Assembly (NCBI RefSeq): GCF_024521635.1
Contig: NW_026250429.1
Span: 372,001 to 436,000, forward strand
Direction: 5' to 3'
DNA from: Tricharina praecox
Lineage: Eukaryota
Length of the DNA: 64,000 bases
Made by a program: the position numbers and the translations under genes. Below, piece after piece: positions 23,743 to 36,122 of this stretch. The notes beneath the pieces are model-generated. The model had not been told where the DNA came from. It saw only the letters and a list, made by a program, of their open reading frames with translations, and did not search any database. Each line of letters opens with the position of its first letter. The stretch's first letter is position 1.

Positions 23743-24496
23743 TAGTTCGATTCTGATCTCTGAATGTATCAAACTTCCAGGCCAGACGTAACCATTGCGC
23801 CCAGAGTAGAGATACAGACTCGGACAGTTGTCGACAGGCGCCAGATGTCAGATCCCATCCAAGGATTAGACCTACCGGCCGTGGGGCGGGGTGAAGATCT
23901 TCGATTGCTATATGGTACCCATTAATCCCCACCCGTGGCCAGTGTAAGCCGTAGGACCTCGGCCTCACCCCCTACAGCCCATCATTACTCCTACTACTAC
24001 AAATAAGCCCCCATACTCTCCTCCTCGGGGCCCATGCATTCCGCTCCGCGGCAACGGTCCATCACAAATTCACAATGCCCTCCCTCCCCGCACGCACTTC
24101 AGGCGGTCCTTCACCGTGACTCCATTCCTAACCGACTACCTCTCACTGCCCTCTTACCTTCATCTCTCCGGCGGACCCTGTTCCTCCCCAGCCGTACCCG
24201 GCGTACAGCTGCCTACCTGCTAACCACACACTCACCTAACGTCGAGTACGTCCTCTTCGACCTCGGCCTACGACAGGACGTGCGCAGGTACCCACCCTCC
24301 GTGCAGCGCTGTCTAGCGAGCACAATACTCCCGACCATTACGCGCACGCACGCTGGATCTACGAGGCAACGGCTCTGTGGGTAGTCGATGCACTGGGGCA
24401 TTTGCCCGGGCATCTGAATTTGCTGGTCAGGCTGGTGAGGCTGTAGGGAGAGCGGTGTGCGTTTCTGGGCGCGGATTAATATTGCTGTCACGATGG
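23743..24496 (+). repeat. Segment R of inverted duplication (partner ~6578-7220)
   Basis: Reverse-complement match to 6578-7220; the sequence continues beyond 24496 into the C-terminal part of the metallo-beta-lactamase pseudogene. Confidence 0.88.
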
Positions 24497-24680
24497 GAGG
24501 GTTCTTACGGGGGACAGGAGGGTTGCGAGATATATGGATGAAGACACGGGGATGGAGAGGTGTGCGCATGTTGATAGACTTGATAGGGAGGCGGCGGAGA
24601 CGCATTTGCGGAGGGTGGGGGAACTGACGAATATGGGCGTGGAGGTGCTTGGTCGCATGTTCATCCGGAAGGTTATGGGG
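24075..24680 (+). pseudogene. Metallo-beta-lactamase-fold hydrolase (AHL-lactonase-like) pseudogene
   Basis: Fragments in shifting frames: YVLFDLGLRQDVRRYPPSVQ, LDLRGNGS.WVVDALGHLPGHLNLLVRL, FLGAD*-CCHDGRVLTG, YMDEDTGMERCAHVD..EAAETHLRRV. The central HxHxDH segment is absent; frameshifts and stops are present. Confidence 0.78.
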
Positions 24681-24828
24681 GGAACGGTGTCTAGGGACCA
24701 CGGTAATAGCTACTTGTGGCTGATTACCGTCTTGTTCATTCTGCTTCTCGTAACCACCAGTGAGATGTATGAAATTGGTGGGATAGAGCGGATTCGGTGA
24801 TTTGTATGTACCATTGATCCATGATCCA

Positions 24829-26540
24829 TCACGCCGTCATCCCCGCGGCGGCGGCCAATTTCGCCGCCTCCCTACCAGCCTTGCGTCCCCACACCGTGCC
24901 AGCCGTCAACCCACTCCCACCTATTCCAACGCAGGCAGTCAGTCAGGGTATGAATCCGCCCAGCAATTTCGTGGTCACACTATGTACTCACCTGGATAAT
25001 TCCCCCAGAACAGTCCTCCGACCATTTCGCCACAACAAAACAGCCCTGGAACCGGGTCATCGGTATGTTTCGAGATGACAGCCGCAGTGTCTGGATCGAT
25101 CTTGAGCCCTCCAAACGTGAACGTGATTCCGCACGTAACCTTGACCGCCACGAACGGCGCCTTGTCGATCGTCAGCGCCCAGTTCGATTTTGGCAGGGCT
25201 AGTCGCCTGGTTGACGACTGGGTCGACAAGCTGTCCTTGACCGCGGGGTCCCACTTCCGCTCTGGGAATTCCGTGCGGTTTGCCTGCACAGCTTGGTTGT
25301 ATTCGTCCAGCGTGGCGAGAAAGGCCTGCTGGTCCGAGTAGGCGGCGAACATCTTTCCTACAAGCTCCTCCAGTGTGGCCGCCGTGATCTTCTGCTTCGC
25401 GACATCGTCCGCATACTCCTCGCTCCTGAGCCAGCCGATCGTCTTGTCGTCCCACAGCTGCCACGCCACGCCACCGGGCTGCTTCAAGATCTCGCGGCCG
25501 AACTTGGCATACGTAAAGTTCCTGAAGTCGACACCTTCGTCGACGAAGCGTTTCCCCTCCGCATTCACCACGATTCCGAGGGGGTACCCGGACTTGGTGT
25601 ATGCATTCGTAAGAACCGGGTCACCGAAGTCCTTTGGCGCTGCCGCGTCCCAGGCAGTGGAATGGCACCCGCTCCAGTTACCGACAGTTTGGGCCAGGTT
25701 CTCGGTCATCGCGAAGCCGTCGCCGTTGTTGTACGGTGTGCCCCGGACGTAGGCCAAGTCCCATCCCGGCCCGAGACACTGTGCGCGCATTCGGGAGTTG
25801 GATTCGAAGCCGCCGCATGCGAGGGTTACCGATGGCGAGAGTAGTCTCGTTGGCACACCGGAGTGGAGGACCTCTATGCCGATTACCGCGCCGCTGGCGG
25901 AGGTGATAAGCGAGAGCGCGGGCGTGTCAAACCAGATTGTAACCCCGGCCGCCGCTGCTGCTGTCTGATGGTCGTGGACGAGGCCCTTGCCGCCGTCTTT
26001 CACACTGAGGACCTATATGTACGGTGTACCTCTCAGCCATCGCACCACTCCCACCGCGGGCCGGGATCGCAGAGTCCATACCATCCCGCCCCAGAACTTC
26101 TGGCGCCCATCGACGACATACGCCTGGCGATTAAACGACAGCGTAAACTGCACACCGACACTTTTCAGCCACCCCACGGCGTCTCTCGACTCGCGCACCA
26201 ACGTCCGCGCCAACACCGGGTCCGTTCTTCCCTCCGTCATGCGGTTCAGATCCGCCATGAAGTCTTGCTCCGTATACGCCTCCATATCGATCTTCTCGGC
26301 CTCTTCCGGAGCCACATTGCACACCAGGGGGAGAACGTCAGCCAGGCCAGCAAAGACGGTGCGATAGGCACCGGCGGTGAAATAGGTGTTTCCCCCGGTG
26401 CCCACGGGGCCTTTCTCGATCAGCAGGACGTTTCTGACGCCGGCCTGGGCGGCCGTCGTGGCAGCGCTGTAGCCGGCGTTGCCGCCGCCGACTATGATCG
26501 CTCCGAACGACGGATCGGACGGCATTGTCGTCACTGCCAT
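24829..26540 (-). CDS. FAD-dependent oxidoreductase, tricarballylate dehydrogenase TcuA/CobZ-like (fumarate reductase flavoprotein family), 3 exons
   Basis: IIVGGGNAGYSAA, GGNTYFTAGAYR, LACGGFESN, GPGWDLAYVRGTPYNNGDG, RFVDEGVDFRNFTYAKFG, GITFTFGGL, GEMVGGLFWGNYP|GGSGLTAGTVWGRKAG. Introns ~26013-26081 and ~24921-24991 resolve the ORF breaks. Confidence 0.85.
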
Positions 26541-27127
26541 CGTAGCGACAGGATGATACCGACAACAACCTCGGAAATGGCAGTTTGGAAAGAAAGAAAC
26601 TACCTATCCAACAAGCAAACGTGATTGAGGGACGGTGGGATTGTGCGCGTGGGGGATATTGGGATAGGCGAGAGATGGTACGACGACGGCGGCGGGCATG
26701 GACGTACGGCGTTTGAGGTCCCGTTCCCCGCACGCACCCGAGGCTTGCGTTCGCTTGGTGACGATCATGATCCAGGTTCCGCGACCTCGGTAACGGAGAC
26801 ATGTTTGGTATGCATGTCGCAGGCGAAATGGCATGTATTGTACAACGTGATGATGTCGGGAGTTGGGATACCACCGGAACGAGGATGGAATGAGAGCTCA
26901 CGGGCTTCCACAATAGTTTAACTATCGTCTTGATTGATTGCAATTATGCACTGGCCTAGCCTGGCCGAAGAGGAGTAGAGATCTCATGCGGCCGAGACCC
27001 CTTCGTCATTTCGAAAACGAAATAGCACCGAAGCAATAGTTACTACGTACCCATTCCACGACCACGATATCAACAGCAGTTACAGCACTTCGGTAACGCA
27101 TCGCGCCCGCAAAAAGAACCCCCGACA

Positions 27128-28065
27128 ATGGGCAAATTGGAGAGAAATATTGCACTAGTAACGGGAGCTGGCAGTGGCTTCGGTGCCGCCATCGCAGAGA
27201 AATTCGCTGCGGAGGGTGCCGTCGTGCTGGTAGGCGACATCAACCAGACCAGCGGGGAAGCCGTCGCAGTAAAGCTCCATGGTGCTACCTTTGTAAAGCT
27301 TGGTGAGTAACTACTCTAGTGTGGTGATCGCTGGCAAGCTGGGGGAGGGTGCTGATCCTCAAGCCAGATGTCACATCACATGCCGACTGGAAGGCTGCGC
27401 TCCCGCTCGCCGTGGACTCGCACGGCTCACTCGACATCGTGGTGAACAATGCGGGCACCATGCCCCAAGAAACCCTCCGTAGACGTAACGGATGACGAAT
27501 TCGACACGCTGCTGAACGTCAACATCAAGAGCGTGTACCTCTCCGTCTCCGAGATCATGCCGTACTTCGTAGGGCGGGGCTCGGGCGCCTCCGTTAACAC
27601 CTCGTCAGTGGCCGGTACCAGAGTCCGCGAAGGCCAGGTGTGGTACGGTGGAACAAAAGCATAGGTATATGGACCGCATCACGCAAGGCCTTGCATCTGA
27701 GTATGACACTAAGGGCGTGCGGATCAACCCCGTGTGCCCACTGCGTGCACCCACCGGTTTGCTGGAGAAGTTCAGTGGTGTGCTAGATACGCCGGAGAAA
27801 CGAGAGCGGTTCGGGAAGAGCGTGCCGCTTGGGTCAGTCCAGACCCTCCTCCTGTCTGCGCTGTTTGTGCTGAGTCCGTGTTCAGGAGAATGACCGAACC
27901 CATGGACGTTGCAAAGGTGGTTGCATTCCCGGCTTCTGACGAAAAATCAGGATTTATCACGGGCGTCTGGTAGGTTCCACTGGGTTCCATTCATGGCTTG
28001 TCGTCCGCTGGTTTAGAGCTCCGCATAGTGTTGCAGTATGTAGACGGAGTGAGGTTGTGCATGTA
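27128..28065 (+). pseudogene. Short-chain dehydrogenase/reductase (FabG/TsaC-like), apparently frameshifted
   Basis: VTGAGSGFGAAIA, VNNAG, NTSS, WYGGTK (YxxxK), GVRINPVCP, FITG. After removing intron 27303-27368 the frame breaks at ~27460 (NNAGTMPQETLRRRNG*) and again at ~27660 (GGTKA*). Confidence 0.7.
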
Positions 28066-30621
28066 AGAAGCAACACTTTGTGCTGGCGAGATCTGTGAGT
28101 GCGCAATACCAGTATGGAGTTGAGGGCGTTGTGCGTGTTTTGGTAGCCCAAGCCACTAGGCCCTTATAAATTAGTTGTCGACGTGGAGTCTCCAGATCGT
28201 AGTGCCGGAGAAGCATGCAGTCGAATATGCAGAGCGATGTTAAAACTTGACTAAGAATGGCGGTCAATCCGTGAATGGTGGAATGGAGGGCTGCGATTTT
28301 GTTCAACCGTCTCCGCATTCGACCTCAGTAGATTGTGGCTGTTACACATGCGGTTCCTCCAGGAGGGCTGCGATTGTGCAATTGGGAAAAGATCCCGGGA
28401 GATGCCGAGCAAGCCCTAAATATCAACTCGAGTACCGCAAGGTGGACAGAGATCGTTTCACGAAACAGCCCCTAACACTTTCCAGAGTCCAATGTGGTCC
28501 AGATTTCAGGTGTCCCAGTCCCCACCGCCAAAGTACCGCTGTTGGAATTTGGAAAAGAACTTGACTTGATTGATGTATTGGTACGAAAAAGAAGAGAAAG
28601 AAGACTACTTACTTATAAGAGAAACAAGCTCGTGTAGACAGGGAGAAGGTCGGGCCTCAGACAGAGGATGCAACGATACTCGTCGCCGCATACTCGCCGC
28701 CGCATACTCGCTGCTGGTGGCTTAAAGACTTTCAGCTGACAAGGCTGATTCTAATGAGAATCCATGGACAATGCTAAGCAGCCAGGAATGAGATGAGGGC
28801 AGTATGCAAAGGACAGTGGAAATTAGAAATGACAGTGGAAAGTAGCAGTGACTCCGGCACAGGTAATAAGACGCATAATATCAACAACCGTGTCCGAACA
28901 GAGATCGAGTGAAAGCCCTGTCCGTCCTGCTGGCGCCAAGCTTTATAGCAGCGAGACGGAGTCACGACGATCCAACAATCATGACAGGTAATGACCAGAT
29001 TCAATAGTTCGCGAGATCACATGGCTAGAACTTCTATCCGCCTCTGCGGAGTGGACGTGGAGGTTCCGTCAATTACATAACTAAGTCTTCTATCATATGC
29101 ACGAGTGCAAACGATCAAGCAGGCATGTCATGATGTTGCTTGACGACTGTACATTGTCCATAAAGATCTTGTTGACCGGAATGGTCTTCAAAAGACGTAT
29201 GATACATCATACAAAACGGCCAAATCACTCGAACGGTCCATTTCTGTGGTGGAGCCAATTGCGGAGTCCATGTGCCGAACTATAACGCGGACTCTGAAGA
29301 GAACTGGGAGCTTCCTGGCCTATTCTAGGTGCTGGTAGTAGAAGGTTGGAGTTGCCGGCCAAAAGAATGACCATGTAGAAACGGTAGTGCGTCTCTTCTG
29401 CTGCTTCACTTTCAAAACTCTCCTGTCTGAGGGAGTCATGGACCCCTCCACGACGAAAATTTCATTTGCAGCCATCCAGCTGATCCCAAACCTCGCTCGC
29501 CGGCCCCATTCCCGCAAATATATCGCAGGATACTCTAGGTAAAGGCTTGTCGTCGTGTTAGGGTTGGCGACTGGTGCGAGGTTTTGGCGTGTTTTAGCCT
29601 CCTCCCCCAGACTCCCGTCTCTAGCCTAGCTCGACGACGTCAACCGCGCCCAGCCTTCGTTACGGATCTAATCGCGACGGTTGAATTGCGTGGGCCGGCG
29701 GCTAAGGCTCCCGCTCGCTGCTGGACAACGGACGGGCCGATGATCCCCAGCAACATCCTGGTAGCTAACACTGTGTGGAAGACCGTTAGCTAAAATCCTA
29801 CGGGCCCTCGTTAAGCCACCCACCATACGATGACGACACACCGCTACGGGAGTATCGCGTTGATGACAACGGCCTGCGTGGGTACATAGTACCAATGTGG
29901 CATCGAAGTATTCGATGGGCGTACCTGCTCGTGTAGAGTACCTAGCTGGCCGGCCGCATTCTGGTGGCGGGAGGAGGGGGGTGCTGACAATCCCGATATG
30001 CACTTGGCCTCTCTCGCGAATCAGAACGTCCTCCGGAATCGCGACTTCCCAACGTCCAGTCAGGTGGCAACGCCCATAGCTGTTTCTATGGATTTCTGTC
30101 CGCATACGAGACCCACTACGGTAAATGGACCGCACAAGCGGCTCTCCGGTCTGGGGACTCCGGCCATATATTCTAATGGTAACCCCTCCCCCGGATTCAA
30201 TATCCCCCCACCGTTTGTGCCTCGGTGGACTTACTTATATAGACAGACATCCCGGATACATTGCATTCATCTATCTACTCCGTTTCTTCAAGTCGGAGCT
30301 CTTGGCCCTTGTCCACGCGCCCCTCGCAGTGATATTCCATTTATATCATACAAAGGATATATCACCATTGAACATCGTGCGCAAGCAACGGCAATCATAA
30401 ACCTACGCTCCCCCTGTTCGAGATAAAGGAGTGAGGATCCTTGGAGCTGTTTTCAGGAGGACATCAGATAGTATACGGCAACAGCTTGCCCATACATTCA
30501 ATTCCGAAGCCTCACTGCCAGCCCGTCTTGCAGGGAGGGCCGTTTCTTCTACCAATTGCAGCCTTCACCATCCGTTTTCAGTACACGATATCGACGGTAT
30601 CGTCAATATTCCACCAGAACT

Positions 30622-33600
30622 ATGACCAGTATGACAGTGAGTCTTCATATTTCTAGCTAAACTACATTGCCACCTCCAAATTTGTACCGTCATAGCATTG
30701 TTACTGACCGATTGTTCCGATGCCTCCATAGACGAACACACCGGTCACCACGATCCTGCTTATTTCGAACCTACACTGCCCGTCGTGCAGCCGCACGATA
30801 TCCGAGCTTTTATGGCGGCTCACGCCCTCGCCACTGAGCGTTTCTACTTCCGTGTTGAGCCGGATCGTCACCGTCATCCACCGGCCCGACCTGCTTCCCC
30901 GCGACATCGTGTGGGCCCTGATGGAAGCCGAGTTTGAGGTTGATAGTATAGACCTACGTAACGACGCCCAGGCCGTGGACCCGGACTTTGTTTTCGGCGG
31001 AGCAGCGGCCGCAGACCTACTGCCCGTTGAGGCGAGGGGTTGGCTGGAGGAGGCCCGCAAGGTCATGAAGGATGTGGTCCGGAGGAGTGTCCAGCGGAGG
31101 GGGTATCAACACCTCTTCAATTGTGAGCTTTGTCAGCAACAGGCCGCTGAATCACCGGCGCGGCCAAAATCGGCCCTGTTATCAACGAGAAATTCAAGGA
31201 GATTCAGCTCTTCCGTGGATATCGAGAAGTCGTTGGGAAGTGCGAACAGAGAAGAGTTTGAACTCGCGGAATCGCGAAAACTAAAGAGACCAATGGCCAA
31301 AAATCTTCCGCCAACTCGCAACATTTACGAAGCTTTGATATCCATCGGTGGCATGACATGTAGTGTCTGCACCGGAAAAGTGGCCGAGAGTCTTGAGGCC
31401 TTCGAGTTCGTCAAGGAAGTCAACATCAACCTCATGAACAACAGCGGACTGGTGCAGTTCGAGGCCTTTGGGGATGGCAAAGAGGAGGCAGCAAAGCTGG
31501 TGGAAGAGGTGGAAGACATTGGATACGACGGGGCCCTGGACCGGCTGACTAACTTGACCCCTCAGACGACCGACGGTGACGATGCATGGAGCAGAGAGAG
31601 ACAAGTCGCCTTACTGGTCCGAGGGATGTTCTGCGAAGCATGTACGGGAAAGATTCTGGAGGCGTTGGAGACCGCCTTCCCAGACATTTTGGAGATCGAA
31701 GCGCAGCCAACAGTTCGCGCGCCAATACTACGCATCTCCTACATACCTCAATCACCGACAATCACCATCCGTAGGATAATCGAAGTCATTTCATGCATCG
31801 ACCCGGTCCTCGAAGTCTCCGTGTACCACCCGCCAACCATCGAGGAGCGCTCGCGGGAAATCCAACTCCGAGAACGCAACAACTACCTCCTACGGCTATG
31901 TTTCTGCGTGATCTGTGCCATCCCGACGTTTCTCATCGGCGTGGTGTGGATGGCCCTAGTGTCGCGCGACGATCCCATGAGAATCTACATGGAGGCTGCC
32001 ATGTGGGCCGGAAATGTCTCGCGGATCGAATGGGCCCTGTTGATCATCAGCACGCCGGTCATGTTCTATGCTGCCAATCCGTTCCATTTGAGGGCTGCGC
32101 GCGAGATCATGGCGCTTTGGCGGCCGGGAAGCCCAGTTCCCGTCTTTCGACGGTTCTATCGCTTCGGCTCGATGAACTTGTTGATTTCCTTGGGTGTTTC
32201 CATCTCGTACTTTTCGAGCGTTGCGATGCTTGTTCTCGCCGCCCATCGTAATCCGCATCATCCCGGGATGGCAAAGGGACATACAACGACGTATTTCGAC
32301 TCGACGGTTTTCCTGACCATGTTTCTCTTGATGGGTAAGTGCTCTGATCCTCTTGACCTGGCTTCCGGTGCTAATCAAAACCCAAAGGTCGCTACCTGGA
32401 GGCGTACAGCAAGGCAAAGACCGCAGACGGCGTTAATCTCCTGGCCAACCTGCGTCCGAAGGAGGCCGTGTTGGTAGAGCCGACTGACGCAAAAACACCA
32501 GTGGACATCGAAAAGTCCGTCAAAAATTCACCATCGCAAGAAATCACCGAGATAGTCCCCGACTACTCCGACGCCCGCCCGGTCACCACCAAGCGAATCA
32601 CCGCCGACCTCCTGGAGGTAGGCGACATCGTGACGATAGCACAAGGCTCCTCGCCACCGGCCGACGGCGTCGTCATCTCGGGCATCTCCACATTCGACGA
32701 GACATCACTGACCGGCGAAGCCCGCCCCGTCCCCAAAGCCGACGGCGACATGGTGTACGCGGGGACCATCAACATCGGCCAAGTGATCAACGCGCGCATC
32801 GTCAAGATCAGCGGCGAAACGCTTCTGGACGAGATCGTGAACGTCGTGCGCGAGGGCCAGAACCGGCATGCGCCCATCGAACGCATCGCAGACAGGGTGA
32901 CCGCATATTTCGTCCCCGTTATCTGTTTCCTGGCTGTCACTACGTGGGTGGTGTGGCTTGTCCTGGGGACCTCCGGCTCGCTGCCGGAGGATTACCTCGA
33001 CATCAACGAGGGTGGCTGGTATCTGTGGTCGCTCAGCTTCGCCATCGCCGTCTTCGTCGTTGCCTGTCCCTGCGGAATCGGCCTGGCCGCGCCGTGTGCG
33101 CTGCACGTGGGCACCGGGCTTGCAGCCCGCCACGCGATCCTGGCCAAGGGAGGTGGCGAGGCGTTTCAGGAGGCGTCGACTCTGGACTGCGTCGTTTTTG
33201 ATAAAACTGGCACTCTCACACACGGAGTTGAGCCGGTCGTTACGGACGAGGAAATTCTTTTCCAGGACAATAAAGCTATCGTGGTCATCAATCTGGCTGT
33301 CCGGCTGCTCGAGGAGGGATCAAATCATCCGCTCGCTCGTGCAATGGTCAATTACTTCCGCGATAAGCCGTCTGCTAACGGCCGCATCGTGACTACGGAG
33401 GAAATTGCTGGTAAGGGCTCGAAAGGCACCATCGACGTCAGCGGCGCCCACTTCGAAGCACTGATCGGCAACCAGAGGCTAATGGCGGAGCACAACATTG
33501 ACGTACCATGGAATTACTCTGAGCAGCTGGCCTCATGGCAGACAACCGGAAAGAGTGTTATACTTTTCGCCATCCGATCCGACTCGAGCCCACTATTCCG

Positions 33601-34433
33601 ACCCGAGTTTTCGCTGGCGGCGATGTTTGCGACTACCGACCCGATCCGTGAAGAAGCGCCGTTCGTCATCAAAGGACTGGCGAAAAGTGGCATCGACGTG
33701 TGGATGATAACCGGTGATAACCCGCTCACCGCCTCGGCCGTTGCAAAGCAAGTCGGCATTCCCCACAACCGAGTGATCGCCGGAGTACTGCCCACGGAAA
33801 AGGTCCACCCCCCTCATTCTCCCACTTAGGTACTATTACCATACTAACATCCCGCAGGCCGAAAAAGTCCGCTCCCTGCAAAGCCTTGCGACCACCCGAC
33901 CACCGTCCACCCCTCGCCGGCTCCTCACGCTCTTCCAGCGCGCCGCGCCCCCACGGCGCGCCATCGTGGCCATGGTGGGCGACGGGATCAACGACGCGCC
34001 GGCATTATCCACCGCGGACGTGGGGATCGCGATCGGCTCTGGCTCGGACATAGCGATGCAGACGTCGAAGTTCATTCTGGTGTCGTCGGACCTCACCTGC
34101 CTCCTGATCCTGACAGACCTCTCGCGTGCAGTCGTCCGCAGGGTCAAGTTCAACTTTTTGTGGGCTTGCGTGTTCAATGTTGTCGCTATCCCGCTGGCGG
34201 CGGGGCTGCTGTTTCCGGTTACTCCTGGCAGGGTGAGATTGGAGCCCGTGTGGGCTGCCCTGGCTATGGCGTTGTCGTAAGTTCCCCCCCGCCCCCGCCT
34301 GCTTCTCTACCGCGTTCTCAACTAATGTGAGTTCAGTTCCGTATCCGTCATATGCTGCTCGCTGCTCCTGAAGTCGCGGCTGTGGGGCGTAGGTTTTCGC
34401 CCGCGGGTCCGCAAGCAGGGTAGTGCGATATAG
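30622..34433 (+). CDS. Heavy-metal (copper-type) P1B ATPase with three N-terminal HMA domains
   Basis: Exon 1 MTSMT, intron 30637-30731. [74 protein letters not shown]. Introns ~32336-32387, ~33803-33857 and ~34277-34336. Confidence 0.93.
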
Positions 34434-35290
34434 TAGGTTGGTTTACATATTCATTTCTTGCGAGGGTTCATTTTGTTTCTTATGTATGGTTGTAAGGTTC
34501 ATAGAGTTTGTACTTTTACTTGTAGGGTATTTAGGCGGGTGCGTGTGGGAGGGTTGGAGGATCTGGTACCATCATATCATGCTTTCAGTAACAAGTATGG
34601 GACACTGTATTAGGTACTTAGCGACGACCACGGAATTGAATGACATTCCCACGGACGATGATGATACGAGCAGATTGTTGCTGGTATGTAGAGCGGATAA
34701 TCGATGACATTGGCCTTGACCCTCGCCCCGCCTCACCTGCACTCGAGAACCGGAACTGCATCACTCCATATCACTCACCACACACTCACAGGATCTCACT
34801 CTTACTCCACATGCCACTCAAAAGATCAAAATAGCATTCCACTTTCGTCCACTGGAGCCTCTGCGCATAGGCACGAAAGCCCTATCTCAGACTCCCAGAC
34901 TCTCAGCACGAAAGAAAGGGCCAGACATGAGATGGCATGCTCGTAATGTTCCTGGGAGATAGTCTTAGCTGACAGATGGTATATTCTACATATAGGACGG
35001 AAACTATTTTCGCAGTTTCAAGTTCGCCTTGCACGAGTAAGCTTCTTCAGTGGCCTTCCTTCCATCGCATAGGCCAGCCTGCAGCCCGCAGCCCGCTTGC
35101 TGGCAGTGCGAAGAGAGCCATAGGTTTCCCCGTGGTTGTGGTTGGCCATGGGCACCCCAAGACCTAATACGTGTAGAACGAAGAAGCAAGAAGTAATAAG
35201 AACGCCTATATAACACCTATCCCGCTCCACTCATAATACTCATAATATCCCCATCATATCCCACCGCACCTCCACCTCCACCTTGCCCCC

Positions 35291-36122
35291 TCATCTCACT
35301 CTAGTATCCAGCGCCAACCTCTCCACAACCTCGAGTTCACACACGCCCTTCAGACTCTCCTTCAGCGCGCGCAGCTCCGCCACGCCAACGTTGATATTCT
35401 CCACGTCGGTATTACTCGCGACCCTGACCGCCGCCTGCAGCACCCATCCCCCGCTGAGGTCCACCATGCTCAGCGCCTCGCGCGGGAACGGACTGCCAAA
35501 GAGCTCGTCTTCCGCTGGCTCGCCGCCGCCGCCAGAAGGATGCGGTGCAGGAGGAGGAGCAGGAGGAGTATAGGTCCGCGTCAGTGTGATGACCACGTTG
35601 TTGTGGATGAACCGGTCGTTCTCGGTGAAGTAGGGGGTTTGCAGGCTGCCATTTCATTTCCCTGTCAGCCAGCCAGCCAGCGGACGGACGGATGAGGTGG
35701 ATGTGAGTGGGCGGGGGGTGTTACGTATACCCCAGCTCCTCCGCAAACTCGATGACATCGCCCATGCCCGTGTTAGCGCTATAGACCGCTCTCGCGACGA
35801 CCGGCTTCCTCGTGACCTCCGGGAAATCGTCTAGTCGCATAGTCCAGCGCTGTTCGCGGGGCTTGTACGTGTCTTCTCGCGCCTTGGGATCCTCGGCGAC
35901 GCGGCACACGAGCTGGATGTAGAACATGTCGGCGGCGACGGGCGAGATCTTTGGCAGCTTCGGCTTGAACACGAGGTGGTGGTTGAAGAAGCTCTCCGGC
36001 GCCATGCCGGTGATGCCGGAGAGGATCTTGAGCAGCTGCGGTTGCCGCGGGAGTGAGATGTAGGCGTGCAGCGAGAGCTCGTGGTGCGAGGTCGGGAAAA
36101 AGGCGGCTTGGTAGTGAGACAT
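35291..36122 (-). CDS. MED18: Mediator complex subunit 18 (Srb5)
   Basis: HELSLHAYI..QLLKILSGITGMAP..HHLVFKP; WTMRLDDFPE; intron ~35632-35726; DLSGGWVLQAAVRV..ELRALKESLKGVCELEVVERLALDTRVR. Confidence 0.85.

Noticed and set aside
3940..24496. Interpreting the inverted duplications as TIRs of one giant transposon or Starship carrying four genes
   Set aside because: The segment order is permuted rather than mirror-symmetric, no transposase or tyrosine recombinase is visible, and the enclosed genes are ordinary housekeeping genes.
26003..26082. Apparent frameshift or split of the TcuA-like gene into two ORFs
   Set aside because: Explained by a canonical intron (GTATGG..GCTGAG..TAG) that restores WGGM|VLSVKDGGKGL.
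28100..30600. Numerous short ORFs upstream of the P1B ATPase
   Set aside because: No motif, termini or repeat partner identified in this window.
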